In this document: one piece after another, positions 10,152-20,480 of the stretch
How positions within the stretch are numbered: the first letter of the stretch is position 1
Layout: every line of letters begins with the position of its first letter
Origin: a virus
Taxonomy: Duplodnaviria; Caudoviricetes
Strand: one strand, 5' to 3'
IMG/VR virus record: IMGVR_UViG_2602041664_000001
Coordinates: 1-64,000 of that record
DNA length: 64,000 nucleotides
The notes under the pieces: generated by a model
The model's input: only the letters and a program-made list of their open reading frames with translations
The model's database searches: none
What the model was told of the DNA's origin: nothing
Translations under genes and position numbers: made by a program

Positions 10152-10667
10152 ATGATTTTACAAAATTTAATAAGAGAAAAAAAACTGCAATCTTCAGATG
10201 TCTCTGTGATTGATAAAGAAAAACTTTATTCCTTAATGGAGAAATATGGTGCTTCACGTGGATTTACTTATGATAGGTTCTTTAAGGAAGGCTTTCGTTT
10301 GTGGGAATTAGTAGGTGTTGATTTTGTAAAAGATTTTTTCCTTAGAAGTAATCAGAAAAAAGCTGTCCTCGATTACCTTAATGTCTTGCGACTTAATGGT
10401 GGGTCGGGTGATGGATGGTTCTGGACTGCTATAGGAGAAGAATGGGGCCTTCGTGCTTCTTTTAAAAACTTTATGGCTCTTTTAGGTATGCTAAGTGATG
10501 TTACTATTCAGAAACGTTTTTCTTCTGACAACTGGAAGGAATTTGAACGTATTGGAATCGTTGCTATCCTTCGTGAACTTGAGCCTTCAAGTGATGTATC
10601 CTTTGATGCTGAGCAGATGCTTGAGGAAGTTTGGCAACAATCGCTCTCTAATAGGTGTGTTAAGTAA
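10152..10667 (+). CDS. Cro-like/early regulator (hypothetical)
   Basis: First gene divergent from the repressor; internal duplication (RF..EGF..WE..G / RF..DNW..FE..G). Confidence 0.5.
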   Translation: MILQNLIREKKLQSSDVSVIDKEKLYSLMEKYGASRGFTYDRFFKEGFRLWELVGVDFVKDFFLRSNQKKAVLDYLNVLRLNGGSGDGWFWTAIGEEWGLRASFKNFMALLGMLSDVTIQKRFSSDNWKEFERIGIVAILRELEPSSDVSFDAEQMLEEVWQQSLSNRCVK

Positions 10668-10704
10668 TGAATTGTTAATAATGTGTTTGATTCTTGTTTA
10701 GAAG

Positions 10705-11067
10705 ATGAAACGTGAAGCGTGTGTATCTTTATTGCGCCCTGTGGCTTATACTATCGATTATCGAGGTCAGTATGATGATAAGTTGACCTTTCTTTTTCGT
10801 GGTGCTTGCTGGGCGCAGTTGGTACACACCTTTGCGTTTCTTGTTGGAGAAGGGCGTGGAATAGCACAGGATGCCTTTATTTATCGTTGCACAGATGCTG
10901 TTGCACGAAATGGAAAAGGCTCGTGGTATTATGCCGTTGAACTTGATGAGCCTAATTTTCATTTTTCTTCTTTAGAGGACATGAAGCTCTTAATAGAATC
11001 ACAACTTGTAAACAAACAGACCTGTAAGGTAAAGTATTTGAACTTAGATAGATTTTTAAATATATAG
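10705..11067 (+). CDS. Hypothetical protein
   Basis: 120-aa ORF in the early operon. Confidence 0.65.
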   Translation: MKREACVSLLRPVAYTIDYRGQYDDKLTFLFRGACWAQLVHTFAFLVGEGRGIAQDAFIYRCTDAVARNGKGSWYYAVELDEPNFHFSSLEDMKLLIESQLVNKQTCKVKYLNLDRFLNI

Positions 11068-11069
11068 AC

Positions 11070-11744
11070 ATGAAACATTTAGATGTTACCTTTGATTTAG
11101 AAACCGCGAGTCTTTCGCCTACAGCGGCTATTATACAAATCGGTGCGGTTGCGTGGAACCGCTTTGAAGAAAAGTCAGAACGGCTATTTGAAGATGCTTA
11201 TGAGGTCTCTTTTGGTGTAGACCTTCGTTCGGCTATGATGTCCGGCTTTGACATTGACCCGGAGACTTGTAAGTGGTGGAGTAATAGAGATGCTGCTTTG
11301 AAGAATAGTATTCTTAGCGAGCATGTTGAACATATAAAAGATGTTCTTCTGAGTTTTAAAGCATGGCTTGAAGAAGTTCGTTCTACGTCCAGTGCGGAGA
11401 GTATTTGTTTATGGGCACAAGGCTCTGACTTTGATGTGCCAGTTCTTCGCAATGCTTTTGAAACTTTTAATATAGAGTTTCCTGTAAACTATCATGCTAT
11501 CCGTGATGCACGTTCTGTTGTTCTTGAAACTTTCGTACGTGAATCTATTTACTCAAAAGAAGAAGCATTATCCTTGATAAATAAGGATTATAATAAGGTG
11601 TATGACACAGTTTGCAATGGTTTTCGTAGACCTGAATGTTTGTCGGTAAATTTAGCGCATAATGCTCTTTATGATGCGAAACTTACAGCTTGGAGTACAT
11701 GGTGTGCTCTTCATGGTGTGGATAATGTAAAACATGAGGGATAA
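11070..11744 (+). CDS. 3'-5' exonuclease, DEDDh (Rv2179c-like)
   Basis: DLET, WAQGSDFD and HNALYDA motifs. Confidence 0.85.
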   Translation: MKHLDVTFDLETASLSPTAAIIQIGAVAWNRFEEKSERLFEDAYEVSFGVDLRSAMMSGFDIDPETCKWWSNRDAALKNSILSEHVEHIKDVLLSFKAWLEEVRSTSSAESICLWAQGSDFDVPVLRNAFETFNIEFPVNYHAIRDARSVVLETFVRESIYSKEEALSLINKDYNKVYDTVCNGFRRPECLSVNLAHNALYDAKLTAWSTWCALHGVDNVKHEG

Positions 11745-11749
11745 GGCGG

Positions 11750-12667
11750 ATGAAATACGGATTACCTTATAAAGGAAGTAAGAATAAACTTGCAGAACGC
11801 ATCCTGTCCATTCTGTCGAATAAAGAACATTTCTTTGATTTGTTCTGCGGTGGTTGTGCCGTTTCGCATGCTGTGTTATTGCGCCGTAAATTCAAGACTG
11901 TCCATATTAATGATATTAATTGGATGTGTCCTGAGTTGTTCGTTGCTGCCTTGGAAGGTAAATACGTTAATGAAAAACGTTGGATAAGTAGAGAGGACTT
12001 TTACAAGTTGAAGGATACTGACCCTTATGTGGCAATCGTCTGGAGTTTCGGTAATAATATGCGTGATTATCTTTATAGTCGTGAACGTGAACCCCTAAAA
12101 CGAGCTATTCATTATGCCTTAGTTTTTGATGATTACGGTCCTGGCTTAGAACTGGGTCATGACTTTTCTTTCCTTAAAGAAATAAAAGGAAATAAATCTC
12201 GCTATCGAGCTATAAAGACTTACTTCTTCTGTAGCGATGGAGATTGTCAGTCTTTTGAACAGACTGAAAATCTTGTTAGACTACAGAGTCTTGAGCGTTG
12301 TGTGCACTTGTCTTATTTTCCTTTTTCGTGTGGAATGGCTGAACTCTCATATAGTTCTGTTGATTATGCGGATGTTGCTATTCCTAAAGACAGTGTTATT
12401 TATTGCGACATTCCTTATAAGGGTACTAATGTCTATACTGCTGCTGAAGATTTTGATTACGATCGTTTTTACCGTTGGTGCGCTGAACAACAGCAACCTG
12501 TATTCATCAGTAGTTTCGAGATGTCTTCAGATCATTTTCTTTGTGTTGCTGAATGGGAACACCAGAATACCTTCTCGGCTTCGGATTATAAAGTAGTTAA
12601 GGAACGCTTGTTTATCCCTATTCATCAAGAACCTCCCCAACTTATAACACAGGGCTGCTTATCCTAA
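11750..12667 (+). CDS. DNA adenine methyltransferase (Dam/D12 class)
   Basis: PYKGSK, DLFCGG, INDIN and DIPY motifs. Confidence 0.85.
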   Translation: MKYGLPYKGSKNKLAERILSILSNKEHFFDLFCGGCAVSHAVLLRRKFKTVHINDINWMCPELFVAALEGKYVNEKRWISREDFYKLKDTDPYVAIVWSFGNNMRDYLYSREREPLKRAIHYALVFDDYGPGLELGHDFSFLKEIKGNKSRYRAIKTYFFCSDGDCQSFEQTENLVRLQSLERCVHLSYFPFSCGMAELSYSSVDYADVAIPKDSVIYCDIPYKGTNVYTAAEDFDYDRFYRWCAEQQQPVFISSFEMSSDHFLCVAEWEHQNTFSASDYKVVKERLFIPIHQEPPQLITQGCLS

Positions 12668-12718
12668 TATAAAGTATGAAAGCCTGAATGTTAATGAACT
12701 TCTAAACAAAAGAACAAT

Positions 12719-15700
12719 ATGATTTTTGACCCTCTTATCTCGGAGATAGCAGCATTGCCGCTAACGATGCTTGTTCGTCCTGCTGACGTGCAGAATGACG
12801 ATACGCAGACGGCTTGCTGGTGCCCTTTCAGTAAGGAAGAGGGCGATGGTGCTAATACTCCTCATTTTATCATCTATAAGAATGAAAGAGGCGGATTATA
12901 CAAAGACCCTGTTTCACGTTGGATGTGTACTCGCACAAAACGACAGGGCTATGGTGCTATCGAACTCTATGCGGCTATTCATAACCTTGGCTTCTGGAGC
13001 GAACACAAGGGATGTGCATCTTCTATCACCGTAGAGGGAGAGAACTTGCGCAAGGTGTGCCGTGAACTTGCCGTGAAATGTGGGTACAGTGAAGACGAGA
13101 TTGCGAAGCGGTGGCCGTCTATCTTGCACCGTGATAATCGTGGTGCTAGCGACCGTCCTTTAACGTCATTCGATTTTCAGCCTAAGACCGACTTCACACC
13201 ACAGGAACTTACATCTCTTGGGTGTTCGGTATGGGTGGATAGTAGCAATAAGGCTCACTTTGGATTTGATACTGACCGACTGGATAGTAAATGGCATTTT
13301 GAGCCTTACTTTATTCAGCAGGATTTCTCAATCTATTCCCTTACAGAATGTACCTTACCAGCTGTTAACCGTAACGGTGAACCCGTCAGCGAGAAGATTT
13401 ATGGAACACCATTTAATCCTCTCTTTCTCGCTTACGTCGACGCAGAAGATGAACGTTGTGGTTGCGTGTTCCGTCCTGCTATGGATGTGCCGCCTATTGT
13501 CTTTAGTAATGATGAAGAGGTTAAACCTTCCAAAGTGTCACGATGGTTGTCTGGTGATAGGGTCTTTACCTTTGCTGTAGAACACCGTACTACAGAGTCT
13601 ACCGCTGTTTGTCGTGCTATAGATACGCTTGATCCTGATGAAATTGTGACTGAAACTAAACAGGTCTGGGCTGAGGGGGAAGATAAAGACGGCATGCCTA
13701 ACGGTCGTTGGCAATTAACAGAAGAACCTATCGAAGACAAGGACATCAAGGCGCAAGGCGTAATTTATTGCACGACTCCACAGGATGCAGTGGCTACTTA
13801 TTATCATCTGAAAGCTCTTAGATACACTTTTCCTAAGACACAGCAGAAATGGTTCCACGTAGCTTTTAGTTATGGTAAGGTTGATTTCTCACCTGTACAT
13901 TATAATAAGTTGTCGCGCTTTGCTGAAAGAGTTTATACGCTTTTCCCTAATGACAATCGTAGTGTCCTTGCTGCTCGTGCTATAGGAAGGCGTTATCGTG
14001 ACATACTGAGAGCATCCTTGCCTCCTAATATGTCCGACCGTCTTTATCTCCGCACTCCTCGTGTCTTTGCACGTCCTGTTCGTTCCGTTCGTGACTTCTT
14101 CCTTGCTTATCGTATGCCTAAAGAAGAGAGCTTCCTCTATGATGACGCCCTTGATCGCCGTTTCGTTGCTTGTATAACTTCGGCTTTAAGTTCTTGTCCT
14201 ATGGAGAAGAAGCAGAAACGAGATACACGTGGACGAGTGAAGGAAGACTATTACGTGATTGACCCTGCTACCGTCTGGGAGTTCATGGCTGCCGAGGGAT
14301 ATGTGCGTGATGTTGATATGGAGTCTACAGATAAAATCGGTCGTTTCGTGCATATTAGCGGACCTTTCGCTGACGAGTTGGACGCTCCTTCTATGGTTCA
14401 GCGTGTGCAGGAATGTTTGACAGAATATGCACGCCAGAACAACTCTGACCCTGAAGACTATCGTCTGATGGTGCAAGCTATCAGTCGTGACAATAGAGAG
14501 GTAAACGAGAAAACTATCGGTTCGCTCCCTGCTGTTCAGGTAAACTATAAGGATGGTTATGGGCCAGATGTAGATTACTTCTACTTTCAGAATGGTGCTC
14601 TTCGTATTACTAAGGACGACATAACGCTTGTGCCTTATTCGCAGATTGATTTTAACATCGACCGTGGTGAGGTAATGCCTTGGCCATTCTATATGCCACA
14701 GTCTCATCCTTTTGCTATTGAGGAAAATCCTGTTTACCAAGATAGAAAGAAGGCGATAGAGGCTAAGCGTGAACAGAAAGATGACAATGGTCAGCCGCTT
14801 TACACCCTTCAGCAGCTCGCAAGCGAAAGTACCGAACTTGCTCTTTGGGCACAAGGTCATCGTTGGATGGTGGACTGGAAAGGCAAGCAAGATAAGGATA
14901 TGTGTCCGTCTTTGCGTGTATTGCGTGGCTTTGCTAACGAGGATTGGAAGACAGAACAAGACCTTCTTCATGCTGGTAAAACGTTTTCTTTAGAAGAACA
15001 ACTTGAGTTGGACGGACGTATGGCCAACCTTGTATTCTGTCTCGGACGTGTGTTGTGGCGTTACCGTGAAAGTAAGTCGAATTGTATTCCTTATCTTGTC
15101 GAGAACACTGTCAGTAGCAATGGCCGTGCAGAAGGTGGTTCTGGTAAGAGTACCTTCGTGAAGATGTTTGCCGGTTCGTGCTGTTATATCCTCGATATTG
15201 ACGGTAAGAACATAGAGCCGAGTCGTGATCTTAGTTTCTCGCTTTCCCGTTATGTGCATCGTCATCATCGTGTGGTCCATTGGGAGGATGTCAATCAGAA
15301 CTTCTCGATTAAGTCGCTTTACAACTATGCAACAGGCTCTTTTGTTACACAAAAGAAATTTGTTGATCCACAGGAAATCAAGTTATCTGAAGGTCCTGGA
15401 CACGTGGTTTCAAGTAACTATCCACTTTCCGATATGGACGATTCAACTATGCGCCGTGTGTGCTTAGGCGGTTTTAGTCATAGATTTAGTGGTGAGAATA
15501 TTCTGAAAAACAAGGCAGCTCGATATATCTCTGACGTGATGCCCGACTTTAATCCTGTGTCACTCGACAGAGTGAGCAACCGCACCCGCTCACAGCTCAT
15601 TATGATCTGTGCCATTGCTGTACAGTTCGTTATGCGCTTTGATGAAAAGGTTGATGCACAGAAGAAGTATATGGAGCAGCGTACGCTTACTCAGTCGCTT

Positions 15701-16336
15701 GGAGAGTCTTTCTTGCGTTTCGCTCGTGTATTCTTTGGTCAGGAACACGTTTACGGTGTACCAATCGACCTTGATTCAATGTTGGAGGAGTATAAGGCTG
15801 ACTATGCCGAAGCGTCTAAGAATAAAAACGATTCGTTCTCTACAAAGGCTTTCAAGCATCGTGTGATGGACTATTGCGAAACGTGTGGTATCACTATGAA
15901 CCCTCCACAGATGTTCAGAAAGACAAAGAATGGTCAGCCAAGCAAGGCCGAGCAGACAAACTACTTTGCGCACCAGGCTTGGTGTACACGTCGATACTTT
16001 GAAGGACGTGAGTGGGAAGGAGATACGACTATTCAGCCGAAGCAGGTTCGTGAGTTAGTTCGCACAGAACACGCTGTTTATTTCTATCGAACAAAGGATA
16101 AGCAGCCTGCCGATTATGACGAGCTGATGGCAACTTACACCGAGTTCTTGAAACAACCAGACCCTGCGCCTATCCTCGATGATAAAGGCAATGTGGTTGC
16201 TCTTACCGAGGAAGAGCGACAGCGTTGGCGTGACTTTAAGGATCGTAAACAAGGAAAGTATAGCGGTGGTGGCGGCACTGTTACAACAACAACCCCCGCA
16301 CCTCCCGCAGTAGATGAAAGTGATTTACCTTTTTAA
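12719..16336 (+). CDS. Large DNA primase/helicase-like replication protein
   Basis: 1205 aa; N-terminal CPF zinc-finger-like start; FQNG..ITKD motif; P-loop GGSGKS; SSNY..D.ST.RR in the NTPase domain. Confidence 0.7.
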   Translation: MIFDPLISEIAALPLTMLVRPADVQNDDTQTACWCPFSKEEGDGANTPHFIIYKNERGGLYKDPVSRWMCTRTKRQGYGAIELYAAIHNLGFWSEHKGCASSITVEGENLRKVCRELAVKCGYSEDEIAKRWPSILHRDNRGASDRPLTSFDFQPKTDFTPQELTSLGCSVWVDSSNKAHFGFDTDRLDSKWHFEPYFIQQDFSIYSLTECTLPAVNRNGEPVSEKIYGTPFNPLFLAYVDAEDERCGCVFRPAMDVPPIVFSNDEEVKPSKVSRWLSGDRVFTFAVEHRTTESTAVCRAIDTLDPDEIVTETKQVWAEGEDKDGMPNGRWQLTEEPIEDKDIKAQGVIYCTTPQDAVATYYHLKALRYTFPKTQQKWFHVAFSYGKVDFSPVHYNKLSRFAERVYTLFPNDNRSVLAARAIGRRYRDILRASLPPNMSDRLYLRTPRVFARPVRSVRDFFLAYRMPKEESFLYDDALDRRFVACITSALSSCPMEKKQKRDTRGRVKEDYYVIDPATVWEFMAAEGYVRDVDMESTDKIGRFVHISGPFADELDAPSMVQRVQECLTEYARQNNSDPEDYRLMVQAISRDNREVNEKTIGSLPAVQVNYKDGYGPDVDYFYFQNGALRITKDDITLVPYSQIDFNIDRGEVMPWPFYMPQSHPFAIEENPVYQDRKKAIEAKREQKDDNGQPLYTLQQLASESTELALWAQGHRWMVDWKGKQDKDMCPSLRVLRGFANEDWKTEQDLLHAGKTFSLEEQLELDGRMANLVFCLGRVLWRYRESKSNCIPYLVENTVSSNGRAEGGSGKSTFVKMFAGSCCYILDIDGKNIEPSRDLSFSLSRYVHRHHRVVHWEDVNQNFSIKSLYNYATGSFVTQKKFVDPQEIKLSEGPGHVVSSNYPLSDMDDSTMRRVCLGGFSHRFSGENILKNKAARYISDVMPDFNPVSLDRVSNRTRSQLIMICAIAVQFVMRFDEKVDAQKKYMEQRTLTQSLGESFLRFARVFFGQEHVYGVPIDLDSMLEEYKADYAEASKNKNDSFSTKAFKHRVMDYCETCGITMNPPQMFRKTKNGQPSKAEQTNYFAHQAWCTRRYFEGREWEGDTTIQPKQVRELVRTEHAVYFYRTKDKQPADYDELMATYTEFLKQPDPAPILDDKGNVVALTEEERQRWRDFKDRKQGKYSGGGGTVTTTTPAPPAVDESDLPF

Positions 16337-16351
16337 TTAAATAGTAACAAT

Positions 16352-16939
16352 ATGGCAAGTTTTAATGGAAACATCGACTTATTAAAGCTAAAAGGCTCTA
16401 AGTTGATGAGTATGGAAGAGAATGGTAAAAAGCGTAACTACGTTTGTATTCCTTTAGATTTCAACGAAATCGCAATTAAGGAGAATCAACAGACCCACGA
16501 ACAGATGGCTGTTCTGCGTGTGAACATCTGGCCTTATAATGAGGCTTATGGTAACGCTATCCGTCAGAAAGCAATCCAACGTGGCGACGACCCTAACAAG
16601 ATTGACGTACCAAGTCATGAAATGGTGATGAACTTTTCGCCCGAGTTTGTTAAGTTCTATGCTAAGGCAATGGCTAAGAAGGTGATTGATGCTGACGGTG
16701 GTAAGCATCCTGAATGGGCTACACAAGATCCTATGGATGAGAACACCTCTCTCTTTAAGGCTATACGAAGTCGTATGAACTTCCGTCTTTGCAATCTCTA
16801 TCTTCATAAGGCGCAACCAAAGCCGCAGGCGGTCTATACGGCTCCTGTTGCACAGGGAGTTTCTGGTTACGTTGCACCTAAGCCTGATGAAGATCCATTT
16901 GCAGGTGCACCGACAAATGAGGACGACCTACCATTCTAA
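16352..16939 (+). CDS. Putative single-stranded DNA-binding protein
   Basis: Acidic tail EDDLPF; lies between primase and clamp. Confidence 0.55.
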   Translation: MASFNGNIDLLKLKGSKLMSMEENGKKRNYVCIPLDFNEIAIKENQQTHEQMAVLRVNIWPYNEAYGNAIRQKAIQRGDDPNKIDVPSHEMVMNFSPEFVKFYAKAMAKKVIDADGGKHPEWATQDPMDENTSLFKAIRSRMNFRLCNLYLHKAQPKPQAVYTAPVAQGVSGYVAPKPDEDPFAGAPTNEDDLPF

Positions 16940-17045
16940 ACTGATTATCTGATGCTCGCTGCTTGTCGTCCCGCACCCTAATTCCGATAGAGAGTAGGGC
17001 GGCAGCAGCAGCTTTCTCTGAATAACAATTTATAATAACAACAAT

Positions 17046-18191
17046 ATGAAATTTACTTTTCCTATTGCGGAGATGGTCCGCACGTTAAATGTTCTTGGTA
17101 AGGTGATTCAAAAATCTTGCCCTATGCCTATCGTCCAGAACGTACTGATTACTAAACCCGACCCAAAGGAGGAGGTTTATCTGATGACAGCGGGAAGTGC
17201 CGAGAGCATGATGACTATCAAGGTTAATATTACTATGGTAGACGGCACAGCCTTCAAGCCTATCTGTATCCCTCATGGGCAGTTCCTTCAGGTGCTTTCT
17301 GCTTTGCCTGAGCAGCCTATCACAGTCGAAGTGGATGACAAAACTCGTGAAATCAAGGTGCATTATGACGGTGGAGAGTTTGCTTTTGCCGGCTTTGGCA
17401 CGGATGAGTATCCTGTATTGAAGTCGTCTCATACTAATCTTGTTACGGTCTCTGTGCCTACCGATATTCTCCTTCCTTGTGTAAGTAATGCGCTTTTAGC
17501 ATCGGCAAAGAAGAGTGAGCTTCGCCCTGTTCTAAGTTCTGTTTACTTGGATATTAAGGATGACGGTATTACTTTCGTTGGTACTGATGGGCATAATCTC
17601 TTTCGTTACGTGTGGGAGCATGGGGTTCCGTTCATTACTGAGGGTAAAGCTGCTGGCGTAGCTGTTCCGAATATCTTTGTATCTGCTCTCCTTTCAGCTT
17701 TCGATAAGGTCAGCGAAGTGGAGATTTCGTTTGATGGCTATTGTTGCACGGTGTCTGCGGATAACATTACCTTTATCTTTAGTACGAGTGAGCAACGTTA
17801 TCCAAACTACTCAAGCGTTATCCCAAAAGAACAACCTTATCATATTACGCTCGACCGTGACCGATTGAAGCAGTCGCTTCGACGTGTTTCTATGATGGCA
17901 AGCGAGGCGAACAATCTTGTTAAGCTGACAAAGCAAGCTGATGGTCTTCTGTTAGAAGCGGTTGATGTTGATTTTGCCCGTAGTGCTAACGAACTTGTTC
18001 CTCTTGGAGAGGATAGTAATATCCCTGACGGTTTCACTATCGGTATGAAGTCGTCTTCTTTGATGAACATGCTTTCACCTATCGCATCGACTAACGTTGT
18101 GCTCAAGTTGATTGATGCTTCTCATGCGCTCGTTCTCACAGAGGAAGGCAATAGTGCGCTAATTTGTATGGTAATACCAATGGTTGTCTGA
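17046..18191 (+). CDS. dnaN: DNA polymerase III beta sliding clamp
   Basis: 381 aa; RPVLSSV, GTDGHNL, YPNYSSVIP and C-terminal VIPM motifs. Confidence 0.92.
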   Translation: MKFTFPIAEMVRTLNVLGKVIQKSCPMPIVQNVLITKPDPKEEVYLMTAGSAESMMTIKVNITMVDGTAFKPICIPHGQFLQVLSALPEQPITVEVDDKTREIKVHYDGGEFAFAGFGTDEYPVLKSSHTNLVTVSVPTDILLPCVSNALLASAKKSELRPVLSSVYLDIKDDGITFVGTDGHNLFRYVWEHGVPFITEGKAAGVAVPNIFVSALLSAFDKVSEVEISFDGYCCTVSADNITFIFSTSEQRYPNYSSVIPKEQPYHITLDRDRLKQSLRRVSMMASEANNLVKLTKQADGLLLEAVDVDFARSANELVPLGEDSNIPDGFTIGMKSSSLMNMLSPIASTNVVLKLIDASHALVLTEEGNSALICMVIPMVV

Positions 18192-18194
18192 TTT

Positions 18195-18608
18195 ATGGGA
18201 AAGATAAAAGTCTATCTAAGTATGCCTATCAGCGGTCGCCCTATCAAAGAGGAGATTGCTGAGGGCAAGCGCATCGTCAAAACGCTATCAGCAGCACATC
18301 CAAACTGGGAGATCATTAATCCACTTGACATATCAGCAGGACTACCCAAAGAGGTTTGGAATCTTTCAGGACGTAAGCGTTATGCAGCTTTCATGGGTGC
18401 TGACATAGAGGCTCTTTTAGGCGAAGCGGATGCTGTTGCCTTTACAATGGGAGCCATTGTTAGTAAAGGGTGCCGTCTGGAACTTTGTTTGGCTAACGTC
18501 TATGACTTGCCAAGGATCTTCTTGGATGCCGCTGATAACGTTTCCCGCGTCGAGGGAATTGATACAGCGTTGTACAGAGAGTTAAGAAAAGAAATCAATC
18601 AAGAATAA
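18195..18608 (+). CDS. DUF4406 / nucleoside deoxyribosyltransferase-like protein
   Basis: VYLSMPISG, INP, ADAV and SKGCRLE motifs. Confidence 0.7.
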   Translation: MGKIKVYLSMPISGRPIKEEIAEGKRIVKTLSAAHPNWEIINPLDISAGLPKEVWNLSGRKRYAAFMGADIEALLGEADAVAFTMGAIVSKGCRLELCLANVYDLPRIFLDAADNVSRVEGIDTALYRELRKEINQE

Positions 18609-18620
18609 TATACCTGACTT

Positions 18621-18992
18621 ATGAAAGAAAAAGATATAAAGGAACTCTTAGAAGCAGCTAAAATAGTAAACCGTTTTCGTTCGTTAGCATCGACGTTTGT
18701 GTGTCCTATTTGTGGCGAACCTCTTGAAGGGGACATAGAATCTATAAGTCTTACCCGTATTGTTCCTTTCGGTGGGCTCTTTTGTCCCAATTGCAAACTT
18801 TTCAGGGTTGAAGGTCCAACTATCTCTGATACTGGAGATGGTAAGGACGGGAAGAAACTCTCTCGAAAAGAGGTTCTAATAAAGGCTTCTACTGGCGTGG
18901 TAGCCCTTGTAGAGCGTTATACTCACTTTACTTTACTTAGTGCTGAACACGAAAAGGATTTCTCGGATAAAGATATCCCATTCCTTAGATAG
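18621..18992 (+). CDS. Zinc-ribbon hypothetical protein
   Basis: CPICG...CPNC. Confidence 0.65.
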   Translation: MKEKDIKELLEAAKIVNRFRSLASTFVCPICGEPLEGDIESISLTRIVPFGGLFCPNCKLFRVEGPTISDTGDGKDGKKLSRKEVLIKASTGVVALVERYTHFTLLSAEHEKDFSDKDIPFLR

Positions 18993-19189
18993 TGCTGATG
19001 ATGAACTTTCCTCTCCCTTTTTCGCTACCTCTTAGGAGTAGTATTTTATTCGATGGGTGTGAACTTTTAAAATCTCTCTTACATAAAGGAAAGAATAGAA
19101 AAGGCTCTACCCCGTATGCGAATAGACGCAATCGTAAACGTAAAAACCGCACAAAGCGAAAGTAAACAACCCTTAAACTTAAACGACCT

Positions 19190-19693
19190 ATGTTTAGTTT
19201 CAAAAAGTATTTTGATAAGAAGAAAGAAAAGAAACGCATTGCACAGCAACATGTCTTGGAAAAGAAGTGCGTTGATTATTTCGACAAGTCTGTCTCTCGA
19301 ATGACTGGAAGTCTGGAGATGTTGGTAGGCGATATGCCTTTGTCTGTAGAAGGAATCTACTTGCTTGGAAAGTTTATTAATGATAGTTTTCCCTTGCAGG
19401 CGGTGAGACTTCATTGTCTTTACGAGGGTGGTCGCCCTGTCTTGTCTTATGGAGATTATCCGCAACGCTCGCCGTATGAATGGTTAACCGCGGTGGAGAA
19501 TTTTCCTGAGGAACTTTGGCTTTCAGTTGATGACTATCCACGTCCAACCTGTCCTGCATTGCTCTTGTGCGAGTATGGTGGCGGACATTATGAGGTAGTC
19601 GAATATGAAAACAAGACGTGGACAACAGAGCTTTGTTTTCCTGTTAAGCCTACTCGCTATTTCGTTCTTGATTTCCTTAAAGATAAAGAATAA
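19190..19693 (+). CDS. Hypothetical protein
   Basis: 167 aa; C-terminal WLSVDDYP resembles DUF551-type phage proteins. Confidence 0.65.
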   Translation: MFSFKKYFDKKKEKKRIAQQHVLEKKCVDYFDKSVSRMTGSLEMLVGDMPLSVEGIYLLGKFINDSFPLQAVRLHCLYEGGRPVLSYGDYPQRSPYEWLTAVENFPEELWLSVDDYPRPTCPALLLCEYGGGHYEVVEYENKTWTTELCFPVKPTRYFVLDFLKDKE

Positions 19694-19741
19694 CCGTCTT
19701 CACGTCATTCTTTAGTCCACTTCGCTTTTAAGAATGAGCCA

Positions 19742-19847
19742 AAAGTGTACACTTTGGCAGCATAAAAGTGTACACTTTCAACTCTCAAAAGTGTACACTT
19801 TCGCATCACTAAAGTGCACACTTTAGTATCACCAAAGTGTACACTTT
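19742..19847. repeat. Palindrome array A2: 5 x AAAGTGTACACTTT, 23-bp period
   Basis: Units at 19742, 19765, 19788, 19811 (one mismatch), 19834. Confidence 0.92.
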
Positions 19848-19868
19848 TAGTTTTCGCAGGTATATATC

Positions 19869-19903
19869 TGTCCTAACTAAAATATAACGTTTAATTATCT
19901 TTG
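19869..19903 (+). promoter_or_regulatory. TGTCC-N22-TAnnTTTG promoter
   Basis: TGTCC-22 nt-TATCTTTG upstream of the HU-like gene and MTase locus. Confidence 0.75.
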
Positions 19904-19907
19904 CTAT

Positions 19908-20312
19908 ATGAAAAGAATGGCAATCAAATACAAGGTGCAGCATCGACGCTCACAGGTGTCTGGTAAGCATTATGCTTCTTTAGCTGCTGTCTCTAACGGA
20001 CGTATTTCTTTAAGCGACCTTTGCGAGGATGTAGCCTCTAAGTCGCACATGGAAGCTCACGAGATTCGTGGCGTTATGGAACGTCTGGCAAGTCGTGCGC
20101 AAACACTTCTCTCTCGTGGTTTTCGTGTAGAGTTTGGCCCTGTCACTATCTTTCCAAAATCGTCTGGTACGCTTACCGATACTGAAACGCACGCTGCTAC
20201 CGCTGACGACCTCTCGGTGGTGAAAGCAAAGACTACGCTCGGTGCTACCGTCTCCCGAAAGTTTACACGTGACTTTGCAGAAGGTTGTAACTGGCAGAGG
20301 ATAGACGAGTGA
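19908..20312 (+). CDS. Bacteroidetes HU-like DNA-binding protein
   Basis: ISLSDLCEDVA...IRGVM...LLSRGFRVEFG, typical of the Bacteroides histone-like family. Confidence 0.8.
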   Translation: MKRMAIKYKVQHRRSQVSGKHYASLAAVSNGRISLSDLCEDVASKSHMEAHEIRGVMERLASRAQTLLSRGFRVEFGPVTIFPKSSGTLTDTETHAATADDLSVVKAKTTLGATVSRKFTRDFAEGCNWQRIDE

Positions 20313-20480
20313 TGCAGAAAGAGGTGATAAGTAGAACTATCTTTAATCCAGAAACGGGGGGGGGTAGTAAGAATACTTAAAGCGAACTATTACAAGATGG
20401 GTCATCGGAACTTTCTGTTTCGTTCTGATGGCTTTATCGCATCTTGTGTACTGAGTGAATATAGTTTTGAGAATTTTTGA
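20312..20480 (+). pseudogene. TRD-like mini-gene 1, out of frame at a G9 tract (possible phase-variable OFF state)
   Basis: With G9 it stops at 20380 (22 aa). With G8 it reads MQKEVISRTIFNPETGGVVRILKANYYKMGHRNFLFRSDGFIASCVLSEYSFENF (55 aa). Confidence 0.6.

Noticed and set aside
14186-14971. 261-aa minus-strand ORF and other antisense or nested ORFs in the track
   Set aside because: Shadow frames of long, motif-bearing genes; no recognisable motifs or promoters
19742-19847. Palindrome arrays as mini-CRISPR arrays
   Set aside because: Repeats are 14 bp and spacers only 8-9 bp; no cas genes or leader
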